A DNA stretch of 63,768 nt, counting the filler, from Octopus bimaculoides (Eukaryota), in assembly GCF_001194135.2 (NCBI RefSeq). It is 5 parts of 4 records of this genome, joined end to end, with 100 filler letters (N's around TTAATTAATTAA, not from the genome) between each part and the next. Parts side by side here need not be neighbours in the genome. Positions count along the whole stretch, not along the records: positions 1 to 28,582 come from NC_068989.1; positions 28,683 to 44,842 come from NC_068983.1; 3 more parts are not named here. One strand, given 5' to 3'. The notes beneath the pieces are model-generated. The model saw only the letters and a program-made list of their open reading frames with translations, made no database searches and was not told the DNA's origin. Shown in pieces: positions 25,689 to 38,262 of the stretch. Both the position numbers and the translations under genes were made by a program. Each line of letters begins with the position of its first letter. Position 1 is the stretch's first letter.

Positions 25689-26716
25689 TTATTATTACTT
25701 AATTGAACGCCACGCATCCATTTCCAAGCAAGTATATATATATATATATATTATTTAGTTTAAAAGAGTTCCAACACTGTCTGTTTTTTATGTCTTATTT
25801 ATATTCCTGCAGAACCAATGTGGGGTATGGAATATGGAATATACAATATATAATATAATATACAATATATGATATAAAATAAAATAAAATAAAAATGGAT
25901 GGCACCATNNNNNNNNNNNNNNNNNNNNNNNNNNNNNNNNNNNNNNNNNNNNNNNNNNNNNNNNNNNNNNNNNNNNNNNNNNNNNNNNNNNNNNNNNNNN
26001 NNNNNNNNNNNNNNNNNNNNNNNNNNNNNNNNNNNNNNNNNNNNNNNNNNNNNNNNNNNNNNNNNNNNNNNNNNNNNNNNNNNNNNNNNNNNNNNNNNNN
26101 NNNNNNNNNNNNNNNNNNNNNNNNNNNNNNNNNNNNNNNNNNNNNNNNNNNNNNNNNNNNNNNNNNNNNNNNNNNNNNNNNNNNNNNNNNNNNNNNNNNN
26201 NNNNNNNNNNNNNNNNNNNNNNNNNNNNNNNNNNNNNNNNNNNNNNNNNNNNNNNNNNNNNNNNNNNNNNNNNNNNNNNNNNNNNNNNNNNNNNNNNNNN
26301 NNNNNNNNNNNNNNNNNNNNNNNNNNNNNNNNNNNNNNNNNNNNNNNNNNNNNNNNNNNNNNNNNNNNNNNNNNNNNNNNNNNNNNNNNNNNNNNNNNNN
26401 NNNNNNNNNNNNNNNNNNNNNNNNNNNNNNNNNNNNNNNNNNNNNNNNNNNNNNNNNNNNNNNNNNNNNNNNNNNNNNNNNNNNNNNNNNNNNNNNNNNN
26501 NNNNNNNNNNNNNNNNNNNNNNNNNNNNNNNNNNNNNNNNNNNNNNNNNNNNNNNNNNNNNNNNNNNNNNNNNNNNNNNNNNNNNNNNNNNNNNNNNNNN
26601 NNNNNNNNNNNNNNNNNNNNNNNNNNNNNNNNNNNNNNNNNNNNNNNNNNNNNNNNNNNNNNNNNNNNNNNNNNNNNNNNNNNNNNNNNNNNNNNNNNNN
26701 NNNNNNNNNNNNNNNA

Positions 26717-27001
26717 ATTTAAAATGAAAAAAGCAAATAAAACGAAGGTATGGAGATTAAATACGCTTTACATCGCTTAATCAGCCAAAGGAGTAAATAT
26801 AAACAACTGAATACTTGTCAGTGATTGGTTGAAATTATCGAAATAAGACAATTTTTTACATGAAATAAATTCGAATACAAAAATATTTTTCTGTTCTATA
26901 ACACAAAATAGATAAGTATACGAAGTTTGAAAGTCTTTCTGTACCAAAAACACTACGTAAAACATTAATGAAAAATAAGGCCCCCGTTTTAAAATAGATC
27001 C
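26717..27001. mobile_element. Right arm of a GGATC-terminated fold-back element
   Basis: Ends CCGTTTTAAAATAGATCC; near-exact reverse complement of 28226-28510; shares internal motifs with 6634-7557. Confidence 0.8.
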
Positions 27002-28225
27002 AATATTTTATCTCTCACTTTTCATTCGCTTCACAACTGCACGGTTTTCAGTTCGTTTTCATTACGCGTTATTTGGTCTACTGTCCTTTTCTAAACGCTC
27101 TTCTCAGATAATTACCATTTTGTATCACAAGATTTTAGCATTGCGTACAGATATATACCTCTTCAGACCGCCACGGCTAGCAAACATATATTGTTTTAAG
27201 TGGTGATGTTCACTTAGCAGCAGATAATTTGGGTACATGTACTCTTGAGCAGCTGACAAGACAAGGGTTAGGGAAAGAAGACAAACACGATTACAAGTTG
27301 AGCGTTTGAAAGAATTATTGATATCTTCAGGTTTTTCTATTCTTGGGTCTCGTTTCACCTTTATGTCTTTAATTCTTTTTAAATACTCGGATGCAATGGG
27401 CATGTTTTTCTCCGTGATGCTCCATCAGTTACACATTACTTTTTCTTCTTTTTTCTTTCAACTTATTACGTGAATATTGCTTTTTTTTCAAATCAGATTG
27501 AGGGCAGTTTTTAAATCATTTTAAACCATTTTCCTGCTCAAAGCATTTTTATAAGTTTGTCCTAAGTGTCTGTGTTGTTTTCAGACTTTTAGCCAGCCCT
27601 TATTTCATACGCTCTGAGTAATATAAAGATTTCATTTCATAAGTCCTGGTGGCTGAAAAAATTGTGAATATCATATATGATGCATGGACGCCACGGAAAT
27701 ATGTCCTGTGATACACAGGAAAAAGAGGCAAGGAATTTACTTCAGTTTGTAAGGGTATCTTTTCCTGCAGCAAACACTAGACACACTCGGAGTCTTTCAT
27801 CTTCCATACGAACAGCGACGCCTCCTTACCTCAGTTTACTAAGCCGCAAGAAGCGTTTATGCCTACCGCATTTGCTAACACGAAAATCTGTGCGCGCGTG
27901 TGTTGATATACTCATATCACACACACGCATTTACATTTGGAAATGAAAACAGAAAACGTAACTCCAATACATGTCGTAGAGTTTACTTGAATAAATCCAA
28001 TAAATCGCTCCTAAACTACTCAGAGTTTAACGAATATGCAATCGTTCGAGGCTGCACCTGTAAGTAAAAGAGCATATACGTGTTTGAGTTTTCTCAAAAT
28101 ATGAACCGATTAGTAGGGCTTTAATACATATATTGTGACCTTTAAATGAACAATATTTATCTCTCACGCCGAGATCGACTTTACCTTTCATCTTTTCGGG
28201 GTCGATAAATTAAGTACCAGATGCG

Positions 28226-28582
28226 GGATCTATTTTAAAACGGGGGCCACATTTTTCATTAATGTTTTACGTAGTGTTTTTGGTACGGAAAGACTTTCAA
28301 ACTTCGTATACTTATCTATTTTGTGTTATAGAACAGAAAAATATTTTTGTATTCGAATTTATTTCATGTAAACAATAGTCTTATTTCGATAATATCAACC
28401 AATCACTGACAAGTATTCAGTTGTTTGCATTTACTCCTTTGGCTGATTAAGCGATGTAAAGCGTATTTAATCTCCATACCTTCGTTTTATTTGCTTTTTT
28501 CATTTTAAATTTGCTTTAACCCTAAACCTAACCCTAACCCTACGGTTAGGGTTAGGGTTAGGGTTAGGGTTAGGGTTAATTG
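28226..28582. mobile_element. Left arm of a GGATC-terminated fold-back element with (CCCTAA)n/(TTAGGG)n, inserted in a family B SINE fragment
   Basis: Starts GGATCTATTTTAAAACGG immediately after ...GGGGTCGATAAATTAAGTACCAGATGCG. Confidence 0.8.
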
Positions 28583-28682
28583 NNNNNNNNNNNNNNNNNN
28601 NNNNNNNNNNNNNNNNNNNNNNNNNNTTAATTAATTAANNNNNNNNNNNNNNNNNNNNNNNNNNNNNNNNNNNNNNNNNNNN
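28583..28682. other. Artificial 100-bp scaffold spacer (44N + TTAATTAATTAA + 44N); same at 44843-44942, 60328-60427 and 62612-62711
   Basis: Identical geometry four times; the 12-mer gives stops in all six frames. Confidence 0.9.
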
Positions 28683-28689
28683 TATATAT

Positions 28690-31600
28690 GTGTGTGTGTG
28701 TGTGTGTATATGGAGTACACTGGGCTCCTTAGCCGTGGTGAGAGCAACCAAACTAGGAGAAGGAAAACTCTGATATAAACCCAGGTTTGTGGTCTCCTTA
28801 GTGTATGTGTACTATTAGTATCTACTTACTAATAGGGCAGTCTGGGCTCGGTAGCTTTTGAGAAACTAGACTAGGAGAAGGCCACTCTGATCTCAAATCT
28901 GTGATCGATTTAGCATCTTATACGTGACAAACCGTGCACCTCTACCGGTAATTGCTGCTTTGACGGAGAGAGTGTGTATTTATAATGACCATTATAAACA
29001 AAACCATGTGCAAGTAGTTCAATAAGATACCATGAGCAAATACCAACATGTTTTGTGCCTCCTCGTCCCAAACCCTATGACGATGATAGCGACGGGAACA
29101 GGTGAAGGATGTCACTGGAAGTTCTTAGCTTGAACCTCGCACATAGGTGGTGAAAGGTAAATGGCCACTTTACACAAAATCTGCGAGTAATTATGCAATT
29201 CGTGTCCTCCTTTCACAACAAAGCAACCCTGTTAAGGAGGAGGGGTCACGAAAATGTGACCTAAAAATTGCTTACACGTATTGCTTACTCGTAGTGCAAA
29301 TGGCTGGGCATCCAAACCTGCACCAGAAGATTAAGCAAATCGAAAAAAAACCCCTTTTTATTGTATCTTGGAATGTGTGAACTCTTCAGGACAGCAAGAA
29401 AAACATAGAACGTAAGACCGCTTTGGTTGCCCATGTCTTGAAAGGAAAAACATGGAATAGCAGCTCTTTCAGAAACCAGATTAGCGGATTGTACAGGAAG
29501 TTGATGCTGGATAACTTTTTATCTGGATGAGTAAGCCTCAGAAAGTAAAGAAAGAGGCAAGTGTTGGGTTTACTATTCGGAATGAGTTGGTGCAACGTCT
29601 TGAATCTCTGCCTGTTGGCATTAATGAAAGACTCATGTCATTGCGTATCTGCATTGGCAAAAAAAAAAATATGTAACTATTTTCAGCTGCTACGCTCCAA
29701 CCACGAACTCAAACGAAGTAGTCAATAAGGTGTTATAGTCTGAGTTACGTAGCCATTTGAGAATTGTCTCCATCCATGATAAACTTCACCTTGGCAATTT
29801 AAATGCACATGTAGATTGTGATACATCCATATAGGGTGACGTAATAGGGACTCATGGGGTTGGCAAGGCAAACTCAGACGGCTATCTGCTGCTATTGCTT
29901 TGCAGTGAGTATGGACTTTTGATTACCAATACGCTTTTACAACTCTCCAACCACCACAAAACTACCTGGAGGCATTTCCAATCCAACCATTATCTCTTCA
30001 TCGATTACATAGTTGTGAGGTCTTCCATTAAGGAAGATGTCCAAGTAACACGTTCTTTCTCCACTGGGGAGCATTGGTCTAACCATAGACTGATACGATC
30101 AAATGTGAATTTTACTATCCGCAGCCCTATTCGTAACAATCACACTCCACTAGTTCGAAAAGTGGATGTGACAATGCTGAGGAACAATGACAATTTAACC
30201 TCATTTCAAACAGCCTGTGATAACAAACTTGCTGGCATTTCGGACAACACAGGTATTGAATCAATGTGGTTTGCTTTTAAAAATGCTCCATTTGAGTCAT
30301 CTTGTGAAACACTCGGCTATGTTAAGAGGAAGCACCAAGACTGGTTTCTGCTCAAATGATCCAAACATCTCTTCTCGTTTGGACAATATGCACAAGTGCC
30401 ACTGTCAGTGGATGTCACATAACAATAATTCCACAGAACGTAACGATTTTAAAAAGGTCAGCAATACATGTCAATCTCAAATGAGGCATATGAAACAGAC
30501 ATAGTGGCGAAAGAAGGCACAGGATTTGCAGGATACTGTGGATAGATGTGACTTCAAGTCGTTCTATTAAAATTTAAAGGGTGTTTATGGACCTGTATCT
30601 GGTGGCTCAACTCACATACATTCAACTGTGGGTAAAGCTTTTGACAAACAAAAGCGGAATCATGAACCGCTGGGTAGAGCACTTTTCAAATGTTCTGAAT
30701 ATGGACTCAATTGTTGATGAAGAACTGATCAACAATCTACCACAGAAGCCTGTCCTTGAAGAACTGTCAGTTGCTCCATCAAATGCTGAGATAAAAAAGG
30801 CCATAAAACAGTTCACGAATGGAAAGTCGTCTAGGAACGATGGCATGCCGGCCGAGATATAAATGTGGTAGCAATCTCTTGCTGAAAACATTATGTGAAC
30901 TCTTCTCCTTAATCTGGGAATCAGGATCAGTTCCACACGAGTTTAAAGTCGCTTCTGTTGTTCATCCTTATAAGCGCAAAGGCGACAAATATTAATGTAA
31001 CAACCATGGAGGTATCTCCTTTTTGTGTGTTGCCAAGAAAATCCTTGGAATATTTACCATAAACAGACTAAATGATGTCCTTGCCAGCTTAGTGTTACCT
31101 GAATCACTATGTAGCTTTCGAGCTGGTAGAGGCACAGTGAATATGATTTTCAGCCTAAAGTAATTGCTGTAAAGGCCCTTAAACACAATCGAGATCTTTT
31201 TGTCACTTTTGTAGATCTAACTAAAGCTTTCGACACTGTATCTACAGATGCTCATTGGGTTGTCCCTAGAAAGCTAAGTGTTCCCCAAAAGGTGCTCAAT
31301 GTTATCATTTCTTTCCATCAAGGGATGATGGCTTCTGTTAGATGCAGCGGGGAAGTGTCCGATGAAATGGGAGAAGACATGACTGTGTTCTTGCACCGCT
31401 TTTATATGCTCTGTATTTCTCCGCCATGTTGGAAACAGCGTTCGATGGTGTTAAAGAAGGAGTAAAGTTTGAGTACAGGACCGGTGGTGGCTTGTTCAAC
31501 AAACAACGCTTCAAAGCAAAAACTAAGACTTTGGTGCAAACATTTCGAGATTTACTCTTCGCAGACGATTGTGCACTGTAGCACGCACTCTTGAGGATAT

Positions 31601-32610
31601 GCAATGCATCCTAAAAAACTTCTCCCGTGCATCGAAAAGGTTTTGTCTGAACATCAGCATCAAGAAAACAGATTTTCCATTAGCCCATTCGTGACCATCT
31701 TCCGCTGTTGCCCATACTGTATATGTTTATGGAATAGCATTAAAAACTGTTTCTTCCTTCATTTATCTTGGTTCCATTGTGTCCAATGTTGCTAAGTTGG
31801 ATAAAAAAATTTAGTCCAGAATCGATAAGGCTAACTCCATTTCCGGTAAGCTTTATCACAGGCTTTGGAACAGCCACAACGTATCGTTGAAGGTGAAAGT
31901 CAATGTATATAAGCCGGTAGTTTTGACAGCATTACTTTAAGGTGCTGGACCTTGGACCCTGTATCGAAAGAACGTCAACCAGCTTGACGCATTTCATACG
32001 CAATAAAACCGAGTGACCATATTCATAACAGTGAAGTATTAACAAAATTCAACATATCTGGTATTGAAGCCATGCCCATCAAAATACAGCTTAGATGGTC
32101 AAGTCATCTTTCACGTAAGAGTGATATCAGAATTCCAAAGCAACTTCCCGTTGGTCAGTTTCTCACAGGAAAGTCAGTTCAGAGGCCACTCTTGCGCTTC
32201 AGAGATAAACTAAAAGACAGTCTGAAGTGATGCGACATAACTCTTTCTACCTAGGAATACAAAGCGACAGAAAGCAGGACCTAGGGATGGTCCTGCTTCT
32301 CCTCAATTCAAAGATTTGAGCAAAGTCAACTCCAGCATCGGGATCAACTGCGGTAAGCATGAAGGCATGCTGGAAAAACGGTGCTCTTCAAATGGAAACC
32401 TTACTTGTTATTATGGTTTTGTGGCACGAAGCAAAATAGGCAATGCCGTAGGCTCAAGAAAACACATGGTAAAAGTCCTCAACTTGTTCCATTTTCCCAA
32501 AGGTCTGCAAGGCACCAGAAAGCCTCAAGAGACACATTTGTGTTCATAGAATATGATTACTGCTTCATTTTACTGAAGCCTCATTTGTCGTTCATGACGA
32601 GAAAATCCAT
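28690..32610 (+). mobile_element. RTE-clade LINE, near full length, inactivated by frameshifts and stops
   Basis: Endonuclease start IVSWNV*TLQD (~29360) and SETRL; RT motifs FVDLTKAFDTV (~31210) and LFADDCAL (~31560); C-terminal finger-like TCYYGFVARSKIG; tail TCGTTCATGACGAG...CATCAT. The 5' UTR boundary is approximate. Confidence 0.85.
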
Positions 32611-32727
32611 CATATGTATATATATATNNNNNNNNNNNNNNNNNNNNNNNNNNNNNNNNNNNNNNNNNNNNNNNNNNNNNNNNNNNNNNNNNNNNNNNNN
32701 NNNNNNNNNNNNNNNNNNNNNNNNNNN

Positions 32728-32764
<37 letters not shown>

Positions 32765-33004
32765 GTTGGTCACCAGTTGTTCAATCTAGCGGAACGTTTT
32801 TCTGTTTGAAAAGTCTTAAGGGTCTTAAACGTTTTTTTTCATTTGTCTCTCTCTCTTTGCGCATCCATTCAGTATTTCCCCGCCTTTTCTTTCTTTCTCT
32901 CTTTGTATGCGCATGTCAATCTATCTTCGTATAAGAGTGTGTGTGTGTTTGTGTGCGCGCCGGTGGGTGGGGGGTCTGTGTGCATATGTATGTATATGTA
33001 TTCT

Positions 33005-33380
33005 TTATTCTTTTATTTGTTTCAGTCATTTGACTGCGGCCATGCTGGAGCACTGCCTTAAATCGACCTCAGTACTTATTTTTTTTAAGCCAAGTACTTA
33101 TTCTTTTGGTTTCTCTTGATGAACTGCTAAGTTACGGGAAGTTACGGGAACGTAAGCACACCAACACAGGTTGTCAAGCGGTGATGGGAGAACAGACACA
33201 AATGCACACACACACATATATCTACGACGGGCTTCTTTCAGTTTCCGTCTATCAAGTGCACTCACAATGCTTTGGTCGGCTCGAGGCTATAATAGAAGAC
33301 ACGTGCCCAAAGTTCCACGCTGTGGGACTGAACCTGGAACCATATGGTTGGGAAGCAAGCTTCTTACCATGCAGCCACGG
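33005..33380 (-). mobile_element. SINE family A, full length
   Basis: Homology to family A. Confidence 0.85.
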
Positions 33381-34450
33381 CTATATAAATAAATAGTTTC
33401 ATTGTAGATGTGGTTACCTGTCTGTTGTACTAGCTCAGCTTCTAATTGTAGGACCACTCTTTATCCCTCAAGAATCTTACTTCTACAAATCAATGACCTA
33501 TCGACTTGCCGTCATTCCTTACAATACCTACTTATTGCATATAATACAACCCTTCTTTCTCTCTCGCTTCCCACAACGATGCATCAGACACCTCACACAA
33601 TATGCAATCCAGACACCTCACACAAAAGCTGCAATGACGCGGTAAGCAAAGTCCGCGAAAACATACTCCAATGGGGGTGATACAAATCTAAAGTACTTCA
33701 TCAGTGTAGAGTAAAGAAAATCACATCTATCAAGGCAACAAGGAAACTCTCTCCTGGTCAAGAAGTTAACGTACTTAAAACTTTGAAGATCGCTACTACT
33801 GCTCGGTTTCACCATCGCAGACAGTCTATGTTGGTGGTGCTCTTCATGATTAGAAAATATTCAGTATGAAACATTACTAACCATTCACAAACACCAAGGA
33901 AATCCTCTTTGCTGCACTGTTCTCACCCATACGGTAGCGCAGCTGTTACACGTAGAGATATCTTAGAACACATCTAAACATCTAAGACACTCGACTCATG
34001 AGCCACTCACAAGACGCTCCTAAGTTCACTCCAGTATCTGACCCACAGATATATTTCATCTCTACCTGCATTTTCTACCATTATTCCAATGAACTTAACT
34101 CGTTAAAACTTCCTGGTCTTGTATCACCTCCACTTACACACTCTCCATTTACTCATTAGTCCACATTTGGTCCTTTGGTTATCCATTTGGTGTCCATTGA
34201 TTCAGGCTTGAATTAATCACATTCTTCTGGCCTTTCTTGCTGAACCAGAAACTCAAAATATTGTATATAATGGTTTGTCATTTAGGCATAAGATCAATAA
34301 TTTTGAGAGGATAGGATACATCGACAACGTTACTTAAATGGTGCTTTATTTTGTCGACCCCGAAATGATGACTAGCAAAGATGATCTTGGCGGGATTTGA
34401 ACTCAGAACGTAAAATGTCGGAACAAATACTACAATGTTCTAAGGTAATA

Positions 34451-35676
34451 TCAGGTCATTCCATAAGTTCTGTCCGATTTTACCTTTTTAAAAACTGAAT
34501 GAAATTTAATAGTATTTTAAAATGTCTAATGGAATTAAAAATTATTTTTATGCATTTGTGTACATTTAAACTAATTAAATACTATTTTACATAATAATAG
34601 AATTAAAATTTCTTTGATTAAAACCCTTTCTAATATGGAAATATCGAAAGAGCATTTAAGGCGCATAATGCTTTATGAATACAAAAAAGGAAACTCTGCA
34701 GCCGAAGCGACTCGAAACATACACTCAATTTATGGGAAAAAATACTTGAATGAAAGAAGATGGTTCGCAAAATTCAGAGGTGGAGATTTCAGCCTTGAAG
34801 ATGAAGATCGAACAGGACGTCCAGTTGAGGCATTACTTGAAGAAAATCCTGCATTATCAGTTGAAGAGTTGGCAATAAAGCTTAGTTCAAACCATTACAA
34901 CTGCTCATCGATATCTTCAACAACTTGGAAAGGTTCCTAAACTTGGAAAATGGGTGCCTCATGAATTGTCTGAAAGCAACCGCAAATCTCGAGGTGACAT
35001 CTGCTCTTCTCTCCATTCTGGCGAACTCATTTCACCTCTTATTGGATAGATTTGTGACTGGTGACGAAAAATGGATCTTCTATCGAAATGTTAAAAGTCG
35101 TAAGTAGTGGCTTGGTAAAAGGGAAAAACTCAACCACAACCGAGAAAGGAACTTCATGGAAAAAAGGTTCTTCTCTCTATCTGGTGGGATTGCAAAGGAG
35201 TACTTCACTTTGAATTGTTACCATCTAATGCAACAATCAATGCTCAAGTCTACTGTCAGCAATTAGAGCGTTTGAACCAAGCTTTGAAGAAAAAAAGACC
35301 TGCTTTAGTGAATCGAAAAGGAGTGATGTTTCATCAGGACAATGCGCGACCCCACACTGCAAAGATCTCATCATAGAAGATCGAAGGGTTTGGTTGGGAA
35401 GAAATTCCTCATCCACCTTATTCTCCCGACCTTGCTCCTTCAGACTACCATTTGTTTCGTAGTTTACAGAATCATTTGAGGGACATAGCTTTCGCAAGCC
35501 AGGAGGAAGTCGAAACTGACATTTCAGAGTTCATCGCTTTGAAACCAAAAGAGTTTTACATTGATGGGATTAAAAAGTTTGTAAATTGATGGAAGGAAGT
35601 CATAGATAATCAGGGAAAGTACATTAATGATTAAATTTCAATTCAAAATTCGGACAGAACTTATGGGATGACCTGA
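34451..35676 (+). mobile_element. Mariner (DD34D) transposon, complete ends, transposase pseudogene (34635-35634)
   Basis: ~30-bp TIR TCAGGTCATTCCATAAGTTCTGTCCGA, TA on both flanks; motifs WVPHEL, VTGDEKW, HQDNARPH, PYSPDLAPSDYHLF; frameshifts and stops. Confidence 0.95.
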
Positions 35677-35816
35677 TATAATTCGTAAAACTTGTAAATT
35701 AGTTTGTACAAATAGGGTGCGCACTGGTTTGTCATAACGTAAACCAGATAGTTAAAAACGTTTTTGGTCAAAATCCCGCCTACTATATTTATGCATATAC
35801 TCAAATCTCTCTCTAG

Positions 35817-35901
35817 CCAATAATGTCTCAATTTCAAAATAAAACTGAACGAAATTGTTTTAAGTGGATTGAAGAAAGTGAGCGTTAGCGAGCGTATAAA
35901 A
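35817..35901 (+). promoter_or_regulatory. Putative CCAAT (35817-35821) and TATA box (TATAAAA, 35895-35901) upstream of the CCP gene
   Basis: Motif order and spacing fit a TSS near 35925, 60-75 bp before the ATGs; inference only. Confidence 0.4.
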
Positions 35902-35985
35902 GGCTTCCTAAAAAGACATTAAAGTAAAACAAATGAACAGATACACTTTAAACACTACAAGTCCTTTTCACGAAAGAAAAAGTTT

Positions 35986-37415
35986 ATGAAAACTGAGAGA
36001 ATGATATCCAGATCATTTTATTTCCTTCTCTTTATCTTATTCACAGTGAAGAGTGAAAATAATACATTTGGAAAGGTTATAAAAAAGATTGTGTCGGAAT
36101 ACAGTAATTCGACGTCAACTGACAACAACTTCTCTCCGTGGTTTTTTGAACAAATGGTAAAACTCCTAAACTGTGGTCCTTTACCGAAATTGAACAACAG
36201 TCGAATACAATATACTTTGAAATGGGAAGACGAAAAAATACATCTGCAACAAAAGTGCAACCGCTATTTTGAAGCAAGCGTAGAGAATACGGCCGATATT
36301 ATTTGTTGGAATGGTAAATGGATGTATGAAGATAAAAAATGTAAGTTAATAACCTGCCCCATTTTTCATAAACCTACACACAGTTTCATGATAAATGTTG
36401 CATACACACATAACACTGTTGTTCNNNNNNNNNNNNNNNNNNNNNNNNNNNNNNNNNNNNNNNNNNNNNNNNNNNNNNNNNNNNNNNNNNNNNNNNNNNN
36501 NNNNNNNNNNNNNNNNNNNNNNNNNNNNNNNNNNNNNNNNNNNNNNNNNNNNNNNNNNNNNNNNNNNNNNNNNNNNNNNNNNNNNNNNNNNNNNNNNNNN
36601 NNNNNNNNNNNNNNNNNNNNNNNNNNNNNNNNNNNNNNNNNNNNNNNNNNNNNNNNNNNNNNNNNNNNNNNNNNNNNNNNNNNNNNNNNNNNNNNNNNNN
36701 NNNNNNNNNNNNNNNNNNNNNNNNNNNNNNNNNNNNNNNNNNNNNNNNNNNNNNNNNNNNNNNNNNNNNNNNNNNNNNNNNNNNNNNNNNNNNNNNNNNN
36801 NNNNNNNNNNNNNNNNNNNNNNNNNNNNNNNNNNNNNNNNNNNNNNNNNNNNNNNNNNNNNNNNNNNNNNNNNNNNNNNNNNNNNNNNNNNNNNNNNNNN
36901 NNNNNNNNNNNNNNNNNNNNNNNNNNNNNNNNNNNNNNNNNNNNNNNNNNNNNNNNNNNNNNNNNNNNNNNNNNNNNNNNNNNNNNNNNNNNNNNNNNNN
37001 NNNNNNNNNNNNNNNNNNNNNNNNNNNNNNNNNNNNNNNNNNNNNNNNNNNNNNNNCAGTCACAGAAAACACGAATATTACTTATTCATGTCAACTTTCT
37101 TATGTGAAGAGCACCACTGAGAATGTGATGTGTCAAAATGGTGTATTGACCCCCAAACCACGCTGTTCACATGCAGGTATTCAGCTGATAGATTCCTTTG
37201 TCATTTTTACCCATGAATCGTCAAAACATTATGTTTGTGGAAGAAAATACACTTGCGAATTTTATGGTTACAGTCATATACCATGCTTATGGACAAACTG
37301 TTTATATGAGTTCTCCTATTATTGTGGACATGTAGGCTTTAACAATGCTACATCAGAAATATATATTGATGCAGAGGTTGATAGTTGTTGTGTTTTGCAG
37401 TGTAATGATGATTAA
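35986..37415 (+). CDS. Secreted Sushi/CCP (SCR) repeat protein with Cys-rich C-terminus; middle hidden by gap 36425-37056
   Basis: Signal-peptide-like MISRSFYFLLFILFTVKS; CCP1 C63...C...CWNGKW...C; linker KLIT; CCP2 start CPIFHKP; after the gap (frame from 37059) VTENTNITYSCQLSY...VMCQNGVLTPKPRC, reading on to TAA at 37415; ATTAAA near 37440. Confidence 0.8.
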
Positions 37416-37581
37416 TATCAAACTATTTTTTACTTGTACATTAAATTTATGTATATGTTCTTGATTGGAGTAAAACGTATTCCATCGCATTACATTCAGT
37501 TATGACAAAGTAATCGAATTCGTTGTACTTACCTATTTATACTTGTTTCTGACATTTATCGTGATATATATAATTGGAAAA

Positions 37582-38206
37582 AGCCGTGAAATTTAAACGT
37601 GCCTTTAAACCTGCTTTTCAGTCAAAATGTACACATCAGTAAATTGAGAAGAAATTACTCACAACTTAAAATTGTGTTCGCTGCGGCTTTCAAGTATCAC
37701 GGGAATCTTTGATGCTAAGTTCTATTTATCATGCCCCAGGAGAGTATGTTTTTAAGAGAAAGTATTTGGACTAACATTGGCAATTTCAAATTTAGTGTAG
37801 TGTATTTCATAGTACGAATTTTATATTTGTTATTGGCTGGGTCAGACACAATTCTATGAAATTCAACAATATACTGAGCACTTTCACGTGGTTACACAAT
37901 AAAATAATAATATTAAACTAAAATATGTATGCATGAGTCCGTATGTTTATGTACATACGTGCACACACACATATTATAATATAAATAAAAAATATAAAGA
38001 CATATACATACATATATGTACATACTCACACATATATGTACATACTCACACATATATGTATATATATATGCATATATAGGTACAGGACGTCACAAACGTA
38101 AACAACTTGGAATACGAAAGCAACATGAAATACGAAGACAAACTCTTGTATGCGAACAACGAGAGGAACAAATGGAAAACATGAAAGTAACATAAAGAAC
38201 GACTCT
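37582..38206 (+). repeat. Local ~620-bp duplication, copy 1 (copy 2 at 43200-43819)
   Basis: Collinear high similarity starting AGCCGTGAAATTTAAACGTGCC and ending GACTCT. Confidence 0.9.
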
Positions 38207-38262
38207 TCATCAGTTGTTGGCTGTTTAGCTACTCCACATTTCGAGTAATTCACGACAAAATA
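38078..38262. mobile_element. Short interspersed repeat family E (also 43692-43819 and 50761-50940)
   Basis: TACAGGACGTCA...AACAA...CTTCATCAGTTGTTGGCTGTTTA...ATTTCG in all copies that extend that far. Confidence 0.7.

Noticed and set aside
27125-27403. 92-aa ORF with an FASRGGLKR finger-like stretch
   Set aside because: Zinc-ligand residues are missing and no family is recognised; insufficient support.
28627-28638. TTAATTAATTAA islands inside N runs (also 44887, 60372, 62656)
   Set aside because: Identical 44N-12-44N geometry and six-frame stops indicate an assembly spacer, not biology. Adjacency across these points is not base-level evidence.
29050-29100. GCCTCCTCGT motif in the RTE 5' region, resembling an HDV-like ribozyme L3 loop
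   Set aside because: Could not form P3, P1 or P2 pairings by hand.
38195-38250. Family E contains CUGAUGAAG and an upstream GAAA on the minus strand (also ~50890)
   Set aside because: The order would require a type II hammerhead, but no stem I or III can be formed between the motifs and pairing is inconsistent between copies.
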